A stretch of 63,182 nt of DNA, filler included, from Octopus bimaculoides (Eukaryota): NCBI RefSeq assembly GCF_001194135.2. It is 5 parts of 4 records of this genome, joined end to end, with 100 filler letters (N's around TTAATTAATTAA, not from the genome) between each part and the next. Parts side by side here need not be neighbours in the genome. Positions count along the whole stretch, not along the records: positions 1 to 13,646 come from NC_068995.1; positions 13,747 to 31,508 come from NC_069000.1; 3 more parts are not named here. One strand, 5' to 3'. Positions within the stretch are counted from its first letter, which is position 1. The number at the start of each line of letters is the position of its first letter. The notes under the pieces were generated by a model. It made no database searches. It was not told the DNA's origin and saw only the letters and a list, made by a program, of their open reading frames with translations. Made by a program: the position numbers and the translations under genes. Below are positions 1 through 13,929 of the stretch, one piece after another.

Positions 1-1090
1 CCCGGTAAATAGTTATGCCTGAGGACCCCTAATACTCTCTGTCCTCCCCTGCATTCAACAAATAAGTGCTTGATGACAGCTGAAATATTCCAATCGACAA
101 TAAACGCCCGTGTGCACTTTCCGGTATCTTCAATTGTATTTATGCAATGTACTGTTGTACTTCACTTTCAAAACGGAACTTCTTGTTTAAGACAAATATT
201 TGTTCACAACACACTCGATACATCAGCATACATGATATTTTGAAATCTGATGTTTCAACATCCTTGTCTTGTCAACCAAAGGCACTCCAAAATATTGCCT
301 AACAGGAATTCTTGGTTGTGTTTTATCACTTAACATAACACATTTTTTGCTGACGTGCCGCATCATATTTTAGAAAATCCATCCAAGGGAAAATACACTT
401 CGCTATTATAAGGATATGGGAATTAAAGTTTAGAAAATACTGAATGCGATGATTTTTCTCATGACACTACAAAACAAGCATAATTGTGTTAGACAAAATA
501 GACTCTATAATCCATTTGAGAATGGTATATACTTTAGAAATTATGTTTGCGACTAAGTAACTTTATCGATACAAACGTCAGAACGTACACTGCATGTATA
601 CAAATTTTAAGTCCAAAACGATTCTGGCTAAATAACCATGCACAATTTCAACTTAGCAACGTAGTAAGTAAAATCATCGCAAAATAATTCATGCCGGTAA
701 TCTTCAGAAATGTATATATATATCGAAAAGAAACTTAAATGTCATCAGAGAAAATGCTTCAGATAAAAAATATTAGGGATCAACAACCATCAAATCAGGG
801 GTGCTAACATTAATCGCTTCAATAATCAACAGATAAATTTAGCTCTTAAAGGTTAATGCATCCAGAAATAATTTCCTTCTCAACTGTTCACTTACAATGG
901 TTGAATATATCCCTCATAGCATGTGTAATGATTTCACATATATTGAAAATATCTTCAGGAAAGGTAAAAAGGTCAATAGTCAAGAGGACATGAGAAGAAT
1001 AGTGCAGTATATAGCAATTATTTATAGGAAATACGAAACATGCAACACCACATACATGAGGAAACATATGCGTGTGTGCATACATACATG

Positions 1091-1132
<42 letters not shown>

Positions 1133-3676
1133 NNNNNNNNNNNNNNNNNNNNNNNNNNNNNNNNNNNNNNNNNNNNNNNNNNNNNNNNNNNNNNNNNNNN
1201 NNNNNNNNNNNNNNNNNNNNNNNNNNNNNNNNNNNNNNNNNNNNNNNNNNNNNNNNNNNNNNNNNNNNNNNNNNNNNNNNNNNNNNNNNNNNNNNNNNNN
1301 NNNNNNNNNNNNNNNNNNNNNNNNNNNNNNNNNNNNNNNNNNNNNNNNNNNNNNNNNNNNNNNNNNNNNNNNNNNNNNNNNNNNNNNNNNNNNNNNNNNN
1401 NNNNNNNNNNNNNNNNNNNNNNNNNNNNNNNNNNNNNNNNNNNNNNNNNNNNNNNNNNNNNNNNNNNNNNNNNNNNNNNNNNNNNNNNNNNNNNNNNNNN
1501 NNNNNNNNNNNNNNNNNNNNNNNNNNNNNNNNNNNNNNNNNNNNNNNNNNNNNNNNNNNNNNNNNNNNNNNNNNNNNNNNNNNNNNNNNNNNNNNNNNNN
1601 NNNNNNNNNNNNNNNNNNNNNNNNNNNNNNNNNNNNNNNNNNNNNNNNNNNNNNNNNNNNNNNNNNNNNNNNNNNNNNNNNNNNNNNNNNNNNNNNNNNN
1701 NNNNNNNNNNNNNNNNNNNNNNNNNNNNNNNNNNNNNNNNNNNNNNNNNNNNNNNNNNNNNNNNNNNNNNNNNNNNNNNNNNNNNNNNNNNNNNNNNNNN
1801 NNNNNNNNNNNNNNNNNNNNNNNNNNNNNNNNNNNNNNNNNNNNNNNNNNNNNNNNNNNNNNNNNNNNNNNNNNNNNNNNNNNNNNNNNNNNNNNNNNNN
1901 NNNNNNNNNNNNNNNNNNNNNNNNNNNNNNNNNNNNNNNNNNNNNNNNNNNNNNNNNNNNNNNNNNNNNNNNNNNNNNNNNNNNNNNNNNNNTGTGTGTG
2001 TGTGTGTGTGTGTGTGTGTGAGTGTGTGTGTGTGTATTTACGCACACACATACGCACACACCGACAAAAACCCACTGTAAGTGAGTAACGTGTTTTTGAT
2101 TGTTTTTTGCTTCGACAAGGCAACGTTGTTGGAGAGGGCTAACTAGTATACAAACCCGCTGCTCTAATGGCCCGGAATTTTTGCATTGCTAAGAAGAGTT
2201 ATTAAGTTATTGCTCATGCAGCATTCAACTAAATCCCTTGCACGTTCATTCACATCAATGTTCATGTTCGACTAAGAAATTGACTGCCGTCACATGCAAA
2301 CACCCACAGACACACACACACACACACAAACGCACACACATATATAAATGCGAGCGATAGAAACAGAGGGAGGAAAGCATATTGCACATTTCCAAACCAG
2401 TAGGAAATCCCCTCCAAGTATATTTCGCTTTTATTAAATACTGCACTCTTCCGTTTACTGTCAGAGTATATGAAATGCTAGAACAACACACTTGTTCAAG
2501 GTTTCGAATGAATAATGGTGGGGGTGCTATTTCAAGACATTATATTAGAAATCAACAGGTCATTGTCTAAAAACAGGAATTGAATGTTTGAAAAAACCAA
2601 GAAGACAAGCGCTGCCTGTCAAAACAGGGAACATAACTGACATCAAACATTATGCTGTGAGGTTCGCAGTCAGATGTCATATTTGCACTTGATAGGTTAC
2701 AATCCCTGCAGCACAACACGTTTGAATGTAGGGACACACAAACACACAGACACACACTAACACACATATGCACACATGCACTCAAACACACACAAATGCA
2801 CACACACATACACATATAGAGAACAACATACAGGAGTAAACATTCAGACATTTACACTCTTATTAATGTAGTTACATACTCTGACGAAAATTTCCGTACG
2901 TACTTGCACAAAAATCTATATAAATTTATGTGTAATTTGTTATACTTTTTTTTCGATCTGCACTTTAAGTGGGAATCCTCATGATAAACGAATTACTGAA
3001 AAAAATATTTTCCATAAATTCTTTCAGATAAAAACCTTTTTCCGATATTTACTTTGGTGTACGTCAATGCAGGCAGGTTGAACAAAGAGAACAATGTTTT
3101 AAGTAGAAAAGAAAAAAAAAATTGCAAATATCTAACTCTGCTGTAGCGCATTGGCAGATAACTACTATCACATTATATCTATTCGTTAATAAAAATAAAC
3201 AGTGGTGGACAAATGAGAGTATTGATATATTATTGATAATTCAATCCTCAGCATCATGAGGTCAAGTCAGAGAACTGTTCTTGTATTTGAGTCTTCTGCT
3301 GGTACTGTTCAAAAGTCAGTCTTACTTCTGGTTTACCCCGCGTTCCTAGAGATGTGTAAATGTCAGCAGTAACAGTTATTTCCTTTCCAGTTATACAATT
3401 AAACAATATTTATCAATTTGAATGGAATATTTCATTCCCCAAACGAAACTGCTGGACAAATTCACAAACAAATAAGATATATTCTAAATATCTAACTGGC
3501 AGGAANNNNNNNNNNNNNNNNNNNNNNNNNNNNNNNNNNNNNNNNNNNNNNNNNNNNNNNNNNNNNNNNNNNNNNNNNNNNNNNNNNNNNNNNNNNNNNN
3601 NNNNNNNNNNNNNNNNNNNNNNNNNNNNNNNNNNNNNNNNNNNNNNNNNNNNNNNNNNNNNNNNNNNNNNCTCTCT

Positions 3677-3870
3677 CTTTGAGTTCGGCCATGCTGTAGC
3701 ACCTTCTGTAGTCAAGCAAATCGGCCAGAGGACTCATTCTTTGTAAACCTAGTACTTATTCTATCAGTCTGTCGCTTGGTATTTGCTGAGCCTCAGATTT
3801 ACGGGGACGTATACACATCAACACCGGTTGTCAAACGATGGAGGTGGGAACGTAGAGACACAAACATGTA
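3677..3870 (-). mobile_element. SINE family A, 3' half, reverse orientation
   Basis: Reverse complement matches the 3' half of the full copy at 40372-40761 (GATAGAATAAGTACTAGG-TTACAAAGAAT; CAGCATGGCCG). Confidence 0.8.

Positions 3871-3946
<76 letters not shown>
3868..3946. repeat. (CA)n(TA)n compound microsatellite
   Basis: Read directly from the sequence. Confidence 0.95.
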
Positions 3947-3947
<1 letters not shown>

Positions 3948-3951
<4 letters not shown>

Positions 3952-4031
3952 GTGTGTATACGTCCCCGTAAAGTTGCGGCTCGGCAAAATACACCGCCAG
4001 ACCGATAGAATAAGTACTAGGTTTACAAAGA
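3948..4031 (+). mobile_element. SINE family A internal fragment, inverted relative to the 3677-3870 copy
   Basis: ACGTCCCCGTAA...GACCGATAGAATAAGTACTAGGTTTACAAAGA matches 40617-40680. Confidence 0.8.
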
Positions 4032-5859
4032 TATATACATATATATTCATATTTAATTCTTAATTCGATCCAGTAGAGTTGGTCGAGAATTCCACTGTTA
4101 TATTTTCTTGTTGGAGAACAACTGATTGAAGACGGAAGTATTTCTATGAAACATTTGTCAACAATTCAGCCACAGCTGCTGTATATAAGTGAATCACGCA
4201 TAAGTTTCTGGCAGTTTTGAATATTTAACCAGGGGAGTACTGAGCCACGTGTCAATTGGACACTGCCCGAAGGTCCGGGGCTCTGAGTTGCCCGCACTCT
4301 ACATGTTAACTCTACTTAATCAATGCTAAGGGGCGTATCTGTTGATCTTGATGTGAAGATATGTCTCTATATATTTATGTGTATGCATGTATGTGTATGT
4401 GCATGTATGTATATGTGTGTTTGTGTATGTGCGTATATATGTGTGTGTATGTGTGTGCATATATATATGCAAATATTTATATACATATATATGTGTGTGT
4501 TTGTATATATATATGTATATACTTTTATAGTAGATTTCAAAACATTCTTATTTTCTAATAGGCACATAGAATCATTAAATATCACTTAGACTATATATTA
4601 AAATTCATGTTACTGGATTTTGCAATCTGAATAAACTTCGTATTATATCTGGTAATAATATTGTATAGTTAAAACAAAGTATTTACTCAAAATAGAAGAT
4701 ATTAACCTTTAGCATTGCCTAACAGGCTTATAACCTAGCACTAAGATTTCCGACTTCTTTGCAACTTGAAGTATTTTGCGTTTTTAAATATATTTCCAGT
4801 TGTTTATTCGTATTTGTCACTCCCACTTGGAATAATTTCTTTCGATCCATCAAAATGATAATCCATCTGTATAAAAAGAAACAAATCACTTATCATTTAT
4901 TCTATTTTCCCTCTTCTGCTAAACTGGTGATGTCAACTGAGTTTGATTGATGGATCACATTTTCTATTATGATTTTCTTATGAAATTGTGCCAGACCAAA
5001 TGAAGCTCACTGTCGGAATGGAATGTAAAGCTTCGTTTATTTCATATTATAGTGTTATGGTATTTCTTATTAATATTCTTTGCACACGGGGGCTTACGAA
5101 GTATTTTGGGGAAACTACTCTACAACAGAATAAATAAAGCTGCGATAAGATGCAACAATAATTTTAGTAGAAGAATACATCAATAGCAAAACAGAGATGA
5201 TTGAAAAATAGGAAGGCACAAGTGCTTACTTAATATCTGATATCGATTTTTTCTTGAGTTTGTAAGCAATATGTTTGTTCGGACCCTTCATATTGCTGCG
5301 AATCACTAATCCTTATATCATAAATATAGCGTACGATAAACAAACAATACAACTAAAGATATATGTCATTCGATATGAACTTAAAAGGTAGGATCAAATT
5401 CCACACCAGAGTATTTGTCATCTTACTAAATCGTTCTTCCACACGTCGAATGCCTAACTATATTGAATGTCGTCTTTGGAAACTATTGTTCCGACTCCAA
5501 TGGTAAATAAGATACCAAGAATATATCGACATATAATCTCTCTAATATAGCTTTCATTATATACCGTTGATTTAAACCTTTTTTGCTGTGAATTTTATAA
5601 TATATATATATATATATTAGGCGGTGGGCTTACACTATCGTCAGCAGCATTTCTTTTGGTTTTACGTTCTGATTTCGGTTCACTTGATGTTAATTTTGCC
5701 TTTCATTATTTCAGGATTGATAATTTAATTACCATTTCGATATACCCTTCCCCTAAAAAAGCCAGCACTTTCGAAAGAATCATTTAATCTATCTATCTAT
5801 CTGCCTGCCTGTCTGTCTGTCTGTTTGTATATCTATCTATCCATATGTGTGTATGTATA

Positions 5860-5922
<63 letters not shown>

Positions 5923-7580
5923 CTAAAGTATATATATATATATTATTTACATATATCAGGGACAACAGACAATTTTTTTAAGATTTAACTAACAGTCTTC
6001 CACCCGGTTTTCGAAAACGCAACGCCAAATCACCATACAATAACACCATACAAACACCAATTGCCGATGTCCCCTATCTCTAGACCAATGAAATTTTACA
6101 AACATAACTCACATAGTAATTCTTCAGGAGGGATAAGAACTGGCTGGCCTATGTAAGTTCGGAGATGCTGTTCATATTGTGCTGATGCACAATGTCACTC
6201 AGTCGTGCATGCACAATTGCCTGCATCTTCAGACCTGCAAACTAGAATATCATACTGATGAGGAAATGAAACGTTTTCACTTTTCTAAGCCAGAAACGCG
6301 TCTATGATTAACTAAGACTGGTTAGTTTCATGTTTTTTTCTTGTTTTGCTTTTGTGAGTTACAATTATTGCTTAAGTATATATATGTATATATATATATA
6401 TACGTAAATATAAACATATACTTATATACACGCGTACATAGGCATCCGTAAATACACATACGTGTCAGCACTCACAGATACACTGATACATATCCAGGTA
6501 TATAAACTCAGAAATACACACAAATGAATATATTTATTTGTACACTGATCAACGGTTAGCTGTAAAGCTATAAATTTGCCGATGAAGCAACTGTTTCACA
6601 TTATATAATATAGACAATCGCTTTCTAAAATATAAACATCAGTAATACTCCAATCAGATCTCATCTCATCTAAAATTGGAGCACAATTCCATTGCACAAT
6701 TTGACATAAATATTCGCTGTTGCCCACAGCTTTTTCCTGTAATTTAACCTCAAATATCAGACAAATTAGCGGGAAATTTTGTCGAATTTCATATCAATGC
6801 ATTGCTGCTTATAAAGCATATTAATTAAACATTCTGTATGATATATATGCGATCATAACACTACAATGGACATTTATAATTGACGGCTATTTTGTTCGGA
6901 TCAGTAGACTTGTCTTTTTTCTGGCAGGTAATGTATTACATGTTGCTTGTTTCTTAATATCTTTCTCGTTGGTTTTGTCTTCGTTTGCTTTTCCATTGCC
7001 TGTAAGCGTGTCTGAATATTTCTGTGTATTTTTATTGTCCATCGCCTTCTTTCTCTCAACACCTTTCTTTATCTTTCCCTCTCTCACACACACACTCTCT
7101 CTCTCTCTCTCGCTATCACTCATTCTGTCACTCTCTGTCTCTCTCTATCTTTCTATTTAGCTATCTATATCTTGATGGCTGACTAAGAATGTTATTGCAC
7201 TACTTGTATAATTAATGTATGGAGAAATACAAATATAAAGAAAAAGCGCGCATAGACATGTAAAATTTCCCATATGTACACCCATATTGTAGTGTGAGAA
7301 GACATGCATAGACACATGTTTGAAAAATAACGAGAACAGTGTGAAAAATCCACAATTTATTTATACACATGTATACGCACACACACAGACACACACATAG
7401 TTTATGAAGAAACATAACAAGTAAATTGTATTTTTCTATGTACTTAGATATGTGAAATTAAAAATATAAACTTTAATTTTCACGCTACATATGTATACGC
7501 ATGAGAAAAAAATATTAATGAATAAATTATTGTACATTGTGCAGAGTATAGAATTTTTGGTGTAGGTGAAAAATCACAGT

Positions 7581-7640
<60 letters not shown>
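7581..7640. repeat. (GATA)n microsatellite
   Basis: About 15 perfect units. Confidence 0.95.
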
Positions 7641-9032
7641 TGAACATGTGTGTCTGTATGAGTATGTATGAATATGCCTGTGTGTGTACATACGCATGTA
7701 TATAAGTTTGGTCAGGGATGTCTGTCGAATTCTATTGTCTATTTTCTACGAATTTGGGGCACTTGATATGCCTGCTTATAGTGAATGAGATATAGGCCAT
7801 AGTAACTAAATATCAATTGAAATGCTAGCCTCGTTTTCCGCAGATTTTTGCAGATCTAGTTAACTTCCTCGCGAGTCTCCAATCCCATCGTAACAGCTGA
7901 AATTAAACAGCTATCGTTAGCAAAATATACTCTTGTAGAGCCAGTGCTGATCTTCAGATGAACCTTGTAACGCCATCCCGTCATTATTTTAAAGTTTCTT
8001 ATTCCGGGTTATCCAGGAACAAAGAGGTATCTGAAAAGATGTAAAATCTTAATATCCAGTATGTAGGAATTATAAATCATAATAGGTTTTTAAATAAGAT
8101 GGGTTCTTCCTATTAGCAAGTGGAGTGGGAGAGGATGTTACTTTTACAGTTGCCGAGATATTGTCATCTAGGGCTCTGAGATGTGTCAATATGTAAGGTA
8201 CAGCGGTCAGTATACTAAAGTTCAATGACATGTTTCAGATGAAGCTAATTGTCAAAAATTGTAACTCAAGATCCCTTCCAGGGATCTTGAGGTACGATGA
8301 CCACTAAATTGGACATTTAATGTGCTAGAAATAGACCACATGTTGTGTCTACTAAGACCTAATAGTTCCCAAAAGAAATTCAGCGAAATACCAAACCGCA
8401 AGCGAGCAAGACAGTGAAAATTACATACATAAAATTAAAACATTGTTATTCGCGGATCGGTTTTGGAATAAAAAAATTCTTACCGAGAAGATCTGCCCCT
8501 CTTCAGCGCGAACTGCAAGGAGGTTATAATTCTCAGGATCTTATACAAGTTGTTCACCCCTAGAGGCGAACGTGTATATGGTTCTGCTAATTACAACGTA
8601 CTGGTAGAAATCAAATGTCTTCGTTTTGGCGCGCTAATTCCGGAAATATCTATGCAGAAAATGGTTACTGCGTAGCACACATCCAATTTGAGAACTTGGT
8701 TATGGTTAATCAAATTAAAACATAGGGTAAAATCAGATATTAATTAATATCGATTTATTACCAGGAAGCTAGCACATTGAAAGAATCCGAGAGATTCAGA
8801 ACATAATCAAACGTGTCACTGAAGAAAATTCCCCACCTATACATGTGTGAAAGATCATGCAGGTGGGTATCTGCAAAGGAAAAGTTTTATGGCATCCGAA
8901 TACATTTCAACACATTCAATATCACTTTACACTGATATTTTCTGCTGTTTATTTCTATATTATATATATGTATGTATGTGTGTGTGTGTGTGTCTGTGTG
9001 TCTGTGTGTGTGTGTGTGTGTGNNNNNNNNNN

Positions 9033-9084
<52 letters not shown>

Positions 9085-9789
9085 CTTATTCGCATCATTT
9101 ACCGATGTCAGCGACATTATAATTATTATGAAATTAAATTTGTTTCTGCCTACTGAATATTGATACGGTGCTTCTTGAGTATCACATTATTTTCCCTATG
9201 AACGAGAAAAGAAATAAAGACTTGCAAATAAAGGCCTCATGATACCGCGTTTAACATTCTTTGGGATTCATGCACTTTATTTTAGCTGCTTCTACAAATT
9301 GCTCTAATAGTAATATAAACACTGTTATCTCGATCATTTTATTGTCATATTTTTCACACAGATTTTAAAATTCAATTATATCGCTCAATGTGCAATTTAC
9401 TAGCCCCATGTTCTACGATTCAAACGTGGCATTTGTGTTAACCAGAACACTGACCGTGATCACTCTCCCATTAAAATTTCCATTCGCGACAATGCTAATG
9501 CCATATTTGGAAATGTCATCACTTAGATAATATATTGAATGAATCCGATTTAAAAGTCTTCGATAATGTAAAGAAGAGATCAGTGAGATTGTACGGAAAA
9601 TTACACGTTACACACTTGTCTGAATTGTTAGGCGTGAATAACACGTCTGTAAACACACGAGAATCTTGTTAAATAAACTTCAAATTTCGCATCTCTGCTA
9701 TATTTGTGCAATAAAGACAATTCAACAGCATATTATAGTGAAATATATTTTGTTTTAGGCGATTAAATATAGTGTAAGGTGAAAGCAAA

Positions 9790-10790
9790 TTATGAATCAC
9801 TGTTTTGCAACCGAGCAATTAAATTGTTCCATACCAGAATTAATTTACCTTTGCTTACAGCGATATGATTAATATTTTTCTGTCACTTCAAGGATCCTTC
9901 TCGACAAAATTATGTCAATACGATGCAAGGTCGGGAGAACAAGGTGCATGAGGATTTTTTTTTCCCATCCAAGCTCTTCAATCTTCTGTGATGTAATCTT
10001 TGCACTGTGGGGTCGCGCATTGTCCTGATGAAACGTTACTCTTTTTTTCTTCAAAGCGTCGTTCAAAGGCTCTAATTTCTGACAGTAGACTTGAGCATTG
10101 ATCGTTGCATTAGTTGGTAACAATTCAAAGTGAATTACTCCTTTGCAATCCCACCTGATAGAGAGAAGAAGCTTTTTCCCATGAAGTTCCCTTCTCGGTT
10201 GTGGTTCTGCCTTTTCCCTTTCACCTAGCCACTGTTTACGACGTTTAACATTTCAATAGAAGATCCATTTTTCGTCACCTGTAACAAGTCTATCCAAAAA
10301 GGGTGAAAAGTGTTCGTGAAAATGGAGAGAAGAGCAAATGTCAACTCCGGATTTGCAGTTGCTTCGGACAATTCATGAGGTACCCATTTTCCAAGTTTAG
10401 GAATCTTTCCAAGTTGTTCAAGATGACGATGAATAGTTGTATAATTTGAACTAATCTTTATTGCCAATTCTTCAACTGACAATGGAGGAGTTTCTTCAAG
10501 TAATGCCTCAAGGAGCTTATCATCAGACTCAACTGGACGTCCTGTTCGATCTTCATCTCCGAGGCTGAAATCTCCACTTCTAAATGTTGCAAAGCATCTT
10601 CTGCAAGTTGTTTCATTCAAGCATTCTTTCACATAAGCTGAGTGTATATTTCGAGTCGCTTCGACGACAGAGTTTCCTTTTTTTTTTGTACTCATATAGC
10701 ATTATGCTCTTTGGATACTTCCATGTTAGAAAGGGTTTTAGTCAAAGAAATTTTAATTCTATTATTCTGTAAAATAATAATTAGTTTACA
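9790..10790 (-). mobile_element. Degenerate mariner element with frameshifted transposase (boundaries approximate)
   Basis: Minus-strand translation gives the HTH region GRP, WVPHELS, LVTGDEKWI, HQDNARPH and HAPCSPDLA, which are mariner signature motifs. Covers ORFs 10225-10695 and 9869-10123. Confidence 0.92.
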
Positions 10791-10996
10791 TGTGCACAAA
10801 TGCATAAAAAATAATGTTTAATTCCATTAGACATTCTAAAATACTATTAAGTTTCATTCAATTTTTAAAAAAAGGTACGCGCACGCATCTATCAATCTAT
10901 ACCTACATCTGTTTATATATGTGTGTGTGTGTGAACACAGCGAGAGATGCGTGTATAATATATGCATGTATGTATATACATATTTGTGTGTGCGTA

Positions 10997-11036
<40 letters not shown>

Positions 11037-11106
11037 AATGTAAATATACAAATATATTTATATATGTATAGATACATAGATAAATACATACATACATATA
11101 TACATG

Positions 11107-11165
<59 letters not shown>
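11107..11165. repeat. (GATA)n microsatellite
   Basis: Read directly from the sequence. Confidence 0.95.
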
Positions 11166-11166
<1 letters not shown>

Positions 11167-12101
11167 TGAATACAGAGAGAGACAGAGAGATTGAGAAGAA
11201 AAGGGAGAGACTGATAAACTTATATTTTTATCTCTTTTGTCTGGGTAAATCAGGAGACAGAGTGAGAGAGGAGTAGGAGATGCTGAAGTTGAAGATATAA
11301 AATTGGTAAAATATAAAGAGAACAATTGGCTTATTACCAGATGTTTTACAGTGACGAAATCTTCACTTCCCAATTGCAGCTATAAACTCTAGACTAGATT
11401 AACATAGGAGGGCACATTTCTTATTTCATTTCACTGTGAAATCTTCTCTCTTGGTAACTGGAATTTTTATGTTTTTTGCGTTAGATTTGCTCATCTAGCT
11501 TTTTACTCTATTTTATCGGTAAAATATCAATCATAGTAACTGGAGATTGTTTGCCAGGTTTCACATGAATACAGTTCTCCTAAGAAGTTTATTACTTAAA
11601 TATTGGATATAGAATCTTTGTGATCATCGTAACACGTTAATAGTATTCGGCATTCTCCCAACAAGCAGTATGTTTTGTCTACGAAGTATCACTTTGCTTA
11701 TCTTTCCTTTTCTCTTTCTAGTTTTCTCTCTCTCTCCATTGATTTCTCTCTTCCTCTCTCTCTTTCTTTTTTCCGTTTCTGTTTCTTTTTCTCTCCGAGT
11801 CTCACATTTGCATTTTTGTTTTTCACTTTAACTAATTTGTTGACTCTCTTCATAGCTTCCTGTCGACGTTATGTCTACCGCTCAATTACTATTACGCTGT
11901 CTCTTTCTGTCCTCCAACGACTTTGCGCTCATTTGAATACATTGCCTGGAAACGAAATACATATTCGTATACATGCGTATACGCACAAAAATACATATAA
12001 ATAAACTCCAATACATATATGCCTACATATGCACACACACGCTTACGCGGGCGCGTGTATAGCAGTGTTTGTGTGCATGTATGTATTTTTATATATGTAT
12101 A

Positions 12102-12144
<43 letters not shown>

Positions 12145-12313
12145 NNNNNNNNNNNNNNNNNNNNNNNNNNNNNNNNNNNNNNNNNNNNNNNNNNNNNNNN
12201 NNNNNNNNNNNNNNNNNNNNNNNNNNNNNNNNNNNNNNNNNNNNNNNNNNNNNNNNNNNNNNNNNNNNNNNNNNNNNNNNNNNNNNNNNNNNNNNNNNNN
12301 NNNNNNNNNNNNA

Positions 12314-12349
<36 letters not shown>

Positions 12350-12748
12350 CATACATATGCATGTATGTATGTGTATACTGTTTTCTTATTTATTTTTCCC
12401 AGAAATTCAGGTAGTAATTAAGCCGACAGTGTATATTCGTAAATAACATATGTCAAAATATTATGCTCAAGAAAGTGTCTATATGTGAGTGTAAGTGTAT
12501 GTGTGTACGTCTGCGTGTTTTTTTTGTTTTTGTTTCACATCTGTCTCTTTCTGTGAGTATAAGTGCATGTTTATTTGTGTGTGAGTTTATGCGTCTAAAA
12601 ATCTGAACATTAACCATAGGTAATTACATTATTAGATTGCCAGAGGAAAATGGATGTAACCTTTGTATGGCTGCATACACCCGCACACACATGCACACCT
12701 ACACACACACACACACACACACACACACGATTATATATTTGCTGAATT

Positions 12749-13563
12749 AAAAAAGGTGTCGTGTATTTTGAGCTGCTTCCATTGAACCAAGCGATCAATT
12801 CACATGTTTACTGTCAACAACTAATGAAGCTGGGGGAAGCATTCAAAGAATTGGCAAATCGTAAAGGACTAGTGTTCAACCATGACAAAGCTACTATGGC
12901 ACTCCGTGAGTTACGACAAAGAGGGTTCCGGTTGACCCAATCAACAGAACACCCTGCTATTGAAATTAACCTGCAAGTGACTGAGCATTCCACAGACACG
13001 TGTACCCTTAACGTAGTTATCGGCGAGATTCAGCGTGACACAGAGTGTGACAAGCCTGGCGCTTTGAAATACATGTACAAAAGAAAGAGTGAGAGAAAGT
13101 TGCGGTGAAAGAGTACCACATGAAATCGAAACAGCAGTCCGATGACTGCGAGTCCGCTGCCCTAACCACTGGGCTATTACGCTTCCTATGACAAAGCTAG
13201 ACCACACACGTATTTGCTAACCCGTGAAAAATCATTGGAGCTCGGTTGAGAATTGAGGTGACATCCACCGTATAGCTCTGACCTTGCATATCAGATTACC
13301 ATCTATGTCGAGGCTTGCAAAATTCTTTGAATGGTAAAACTTTCAATAATGATGATAACCTGAAATCGCACTTACTTCAGTTTTTGGCTGATAAGGAAGA
13401 GAAGTTCTATAAGTGTTGAATCGTGAAGTTGCAGAAAGATGGCAAAAGATCATCAAACCAAATGGAAAATGTCTAATTGATTAAAGCTCATTCTTGGTAT
13501 GGAAAAAAATGAATTCTGTTTCATTCCAAATAACCGAAATTACCATTTTGCCAACCCAAAATA
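12749..13563 (+). mobile_element. Mariner 3' fragment (transposase C-terminus plus right TIR), interrupted by a SINE
   Basis: YFELLP..INSHVYCQQL..FNHDKA resumes after the insertion as DKARPHT..HPPYSSDLA. Ends in TTTTGCCAACCCAAAATA, a mariner-type TIR. Confidence 0.88.
12894..13187 (-). mobile_element. SINE family C with 12-bp target-site duplication
   Basis: ATGACAAAGCTA at 12882-12893 and 13188-13199. tRNA-like head on the minus strand (TAGCCCAGTGGTTAG). Body homologous to 22971-23335. Confidence 0.88.
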
Positions 13564-13646
13564 CACATAAATACATTACATATACACATAGATACTAATA
13601 TACATACACACATACATACATACATACATACATACATACATACACA

Positions 13647-13746
13647 NNNNNNNNNNNNNNNNNNNNNNNNNNNNNNNNNNNNNNNNNNNNTTAATTAATT
13701 AANNNNNNNNNNNNNNNNNNNNNNNNNNNNNNNNNNNNNNNNNNNN
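13647..13746. other. Synthetic scaffold join 44N-TTAATTAATTAA-44N
   Basis: Exactly 100 bp, with an identical layout at four sites. The 12-mer has stops in all six frames. Confidence 0.9.
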
Positions 13747-13795
<49 letters not shown>

Positions 13796-13929
13796 GTGTT
13801 TATGTGTGTGTGCATATATACATGTATATATCTGTGTGTGTCTGTGTGTGTGTGTCTGTGTTAATATAAGCTGGAATTTTTCTTGATAATATATTGTATT
13901 CATATACAGCAACCTTGAAACTGAATGAC

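Noticed and set aside
888-2123. Long ORFs of 338-411 aa, and similar ones at 18225, 27453, 29960, 49827 and 61808
   Set aside because: They are open only because they run through N gaps and dinucleotide repeats.
2620-2690. SECIS-like ATGA-N12-AA-N17-TGAT on the minus strand
   Set aside because: Spacing fits, but helix II pairs at only about 5 of 11 positions, and TGACATC/GATGTCA forms a competing stem.
10225-10695. Host SETMAR-like gene or active transposase
   Set aside because: Frameshifts and stops separate the motifs, and there is no SET domain or splice structure.
13691-13702. TTAATTAATTAA palindrome as a biological motif
   Set aside because: It is always centred in exactly 44N+44N, so it is an assembly linker. 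The run at about 59868-59892 is an ordinary (TAAT)n microsatellite.
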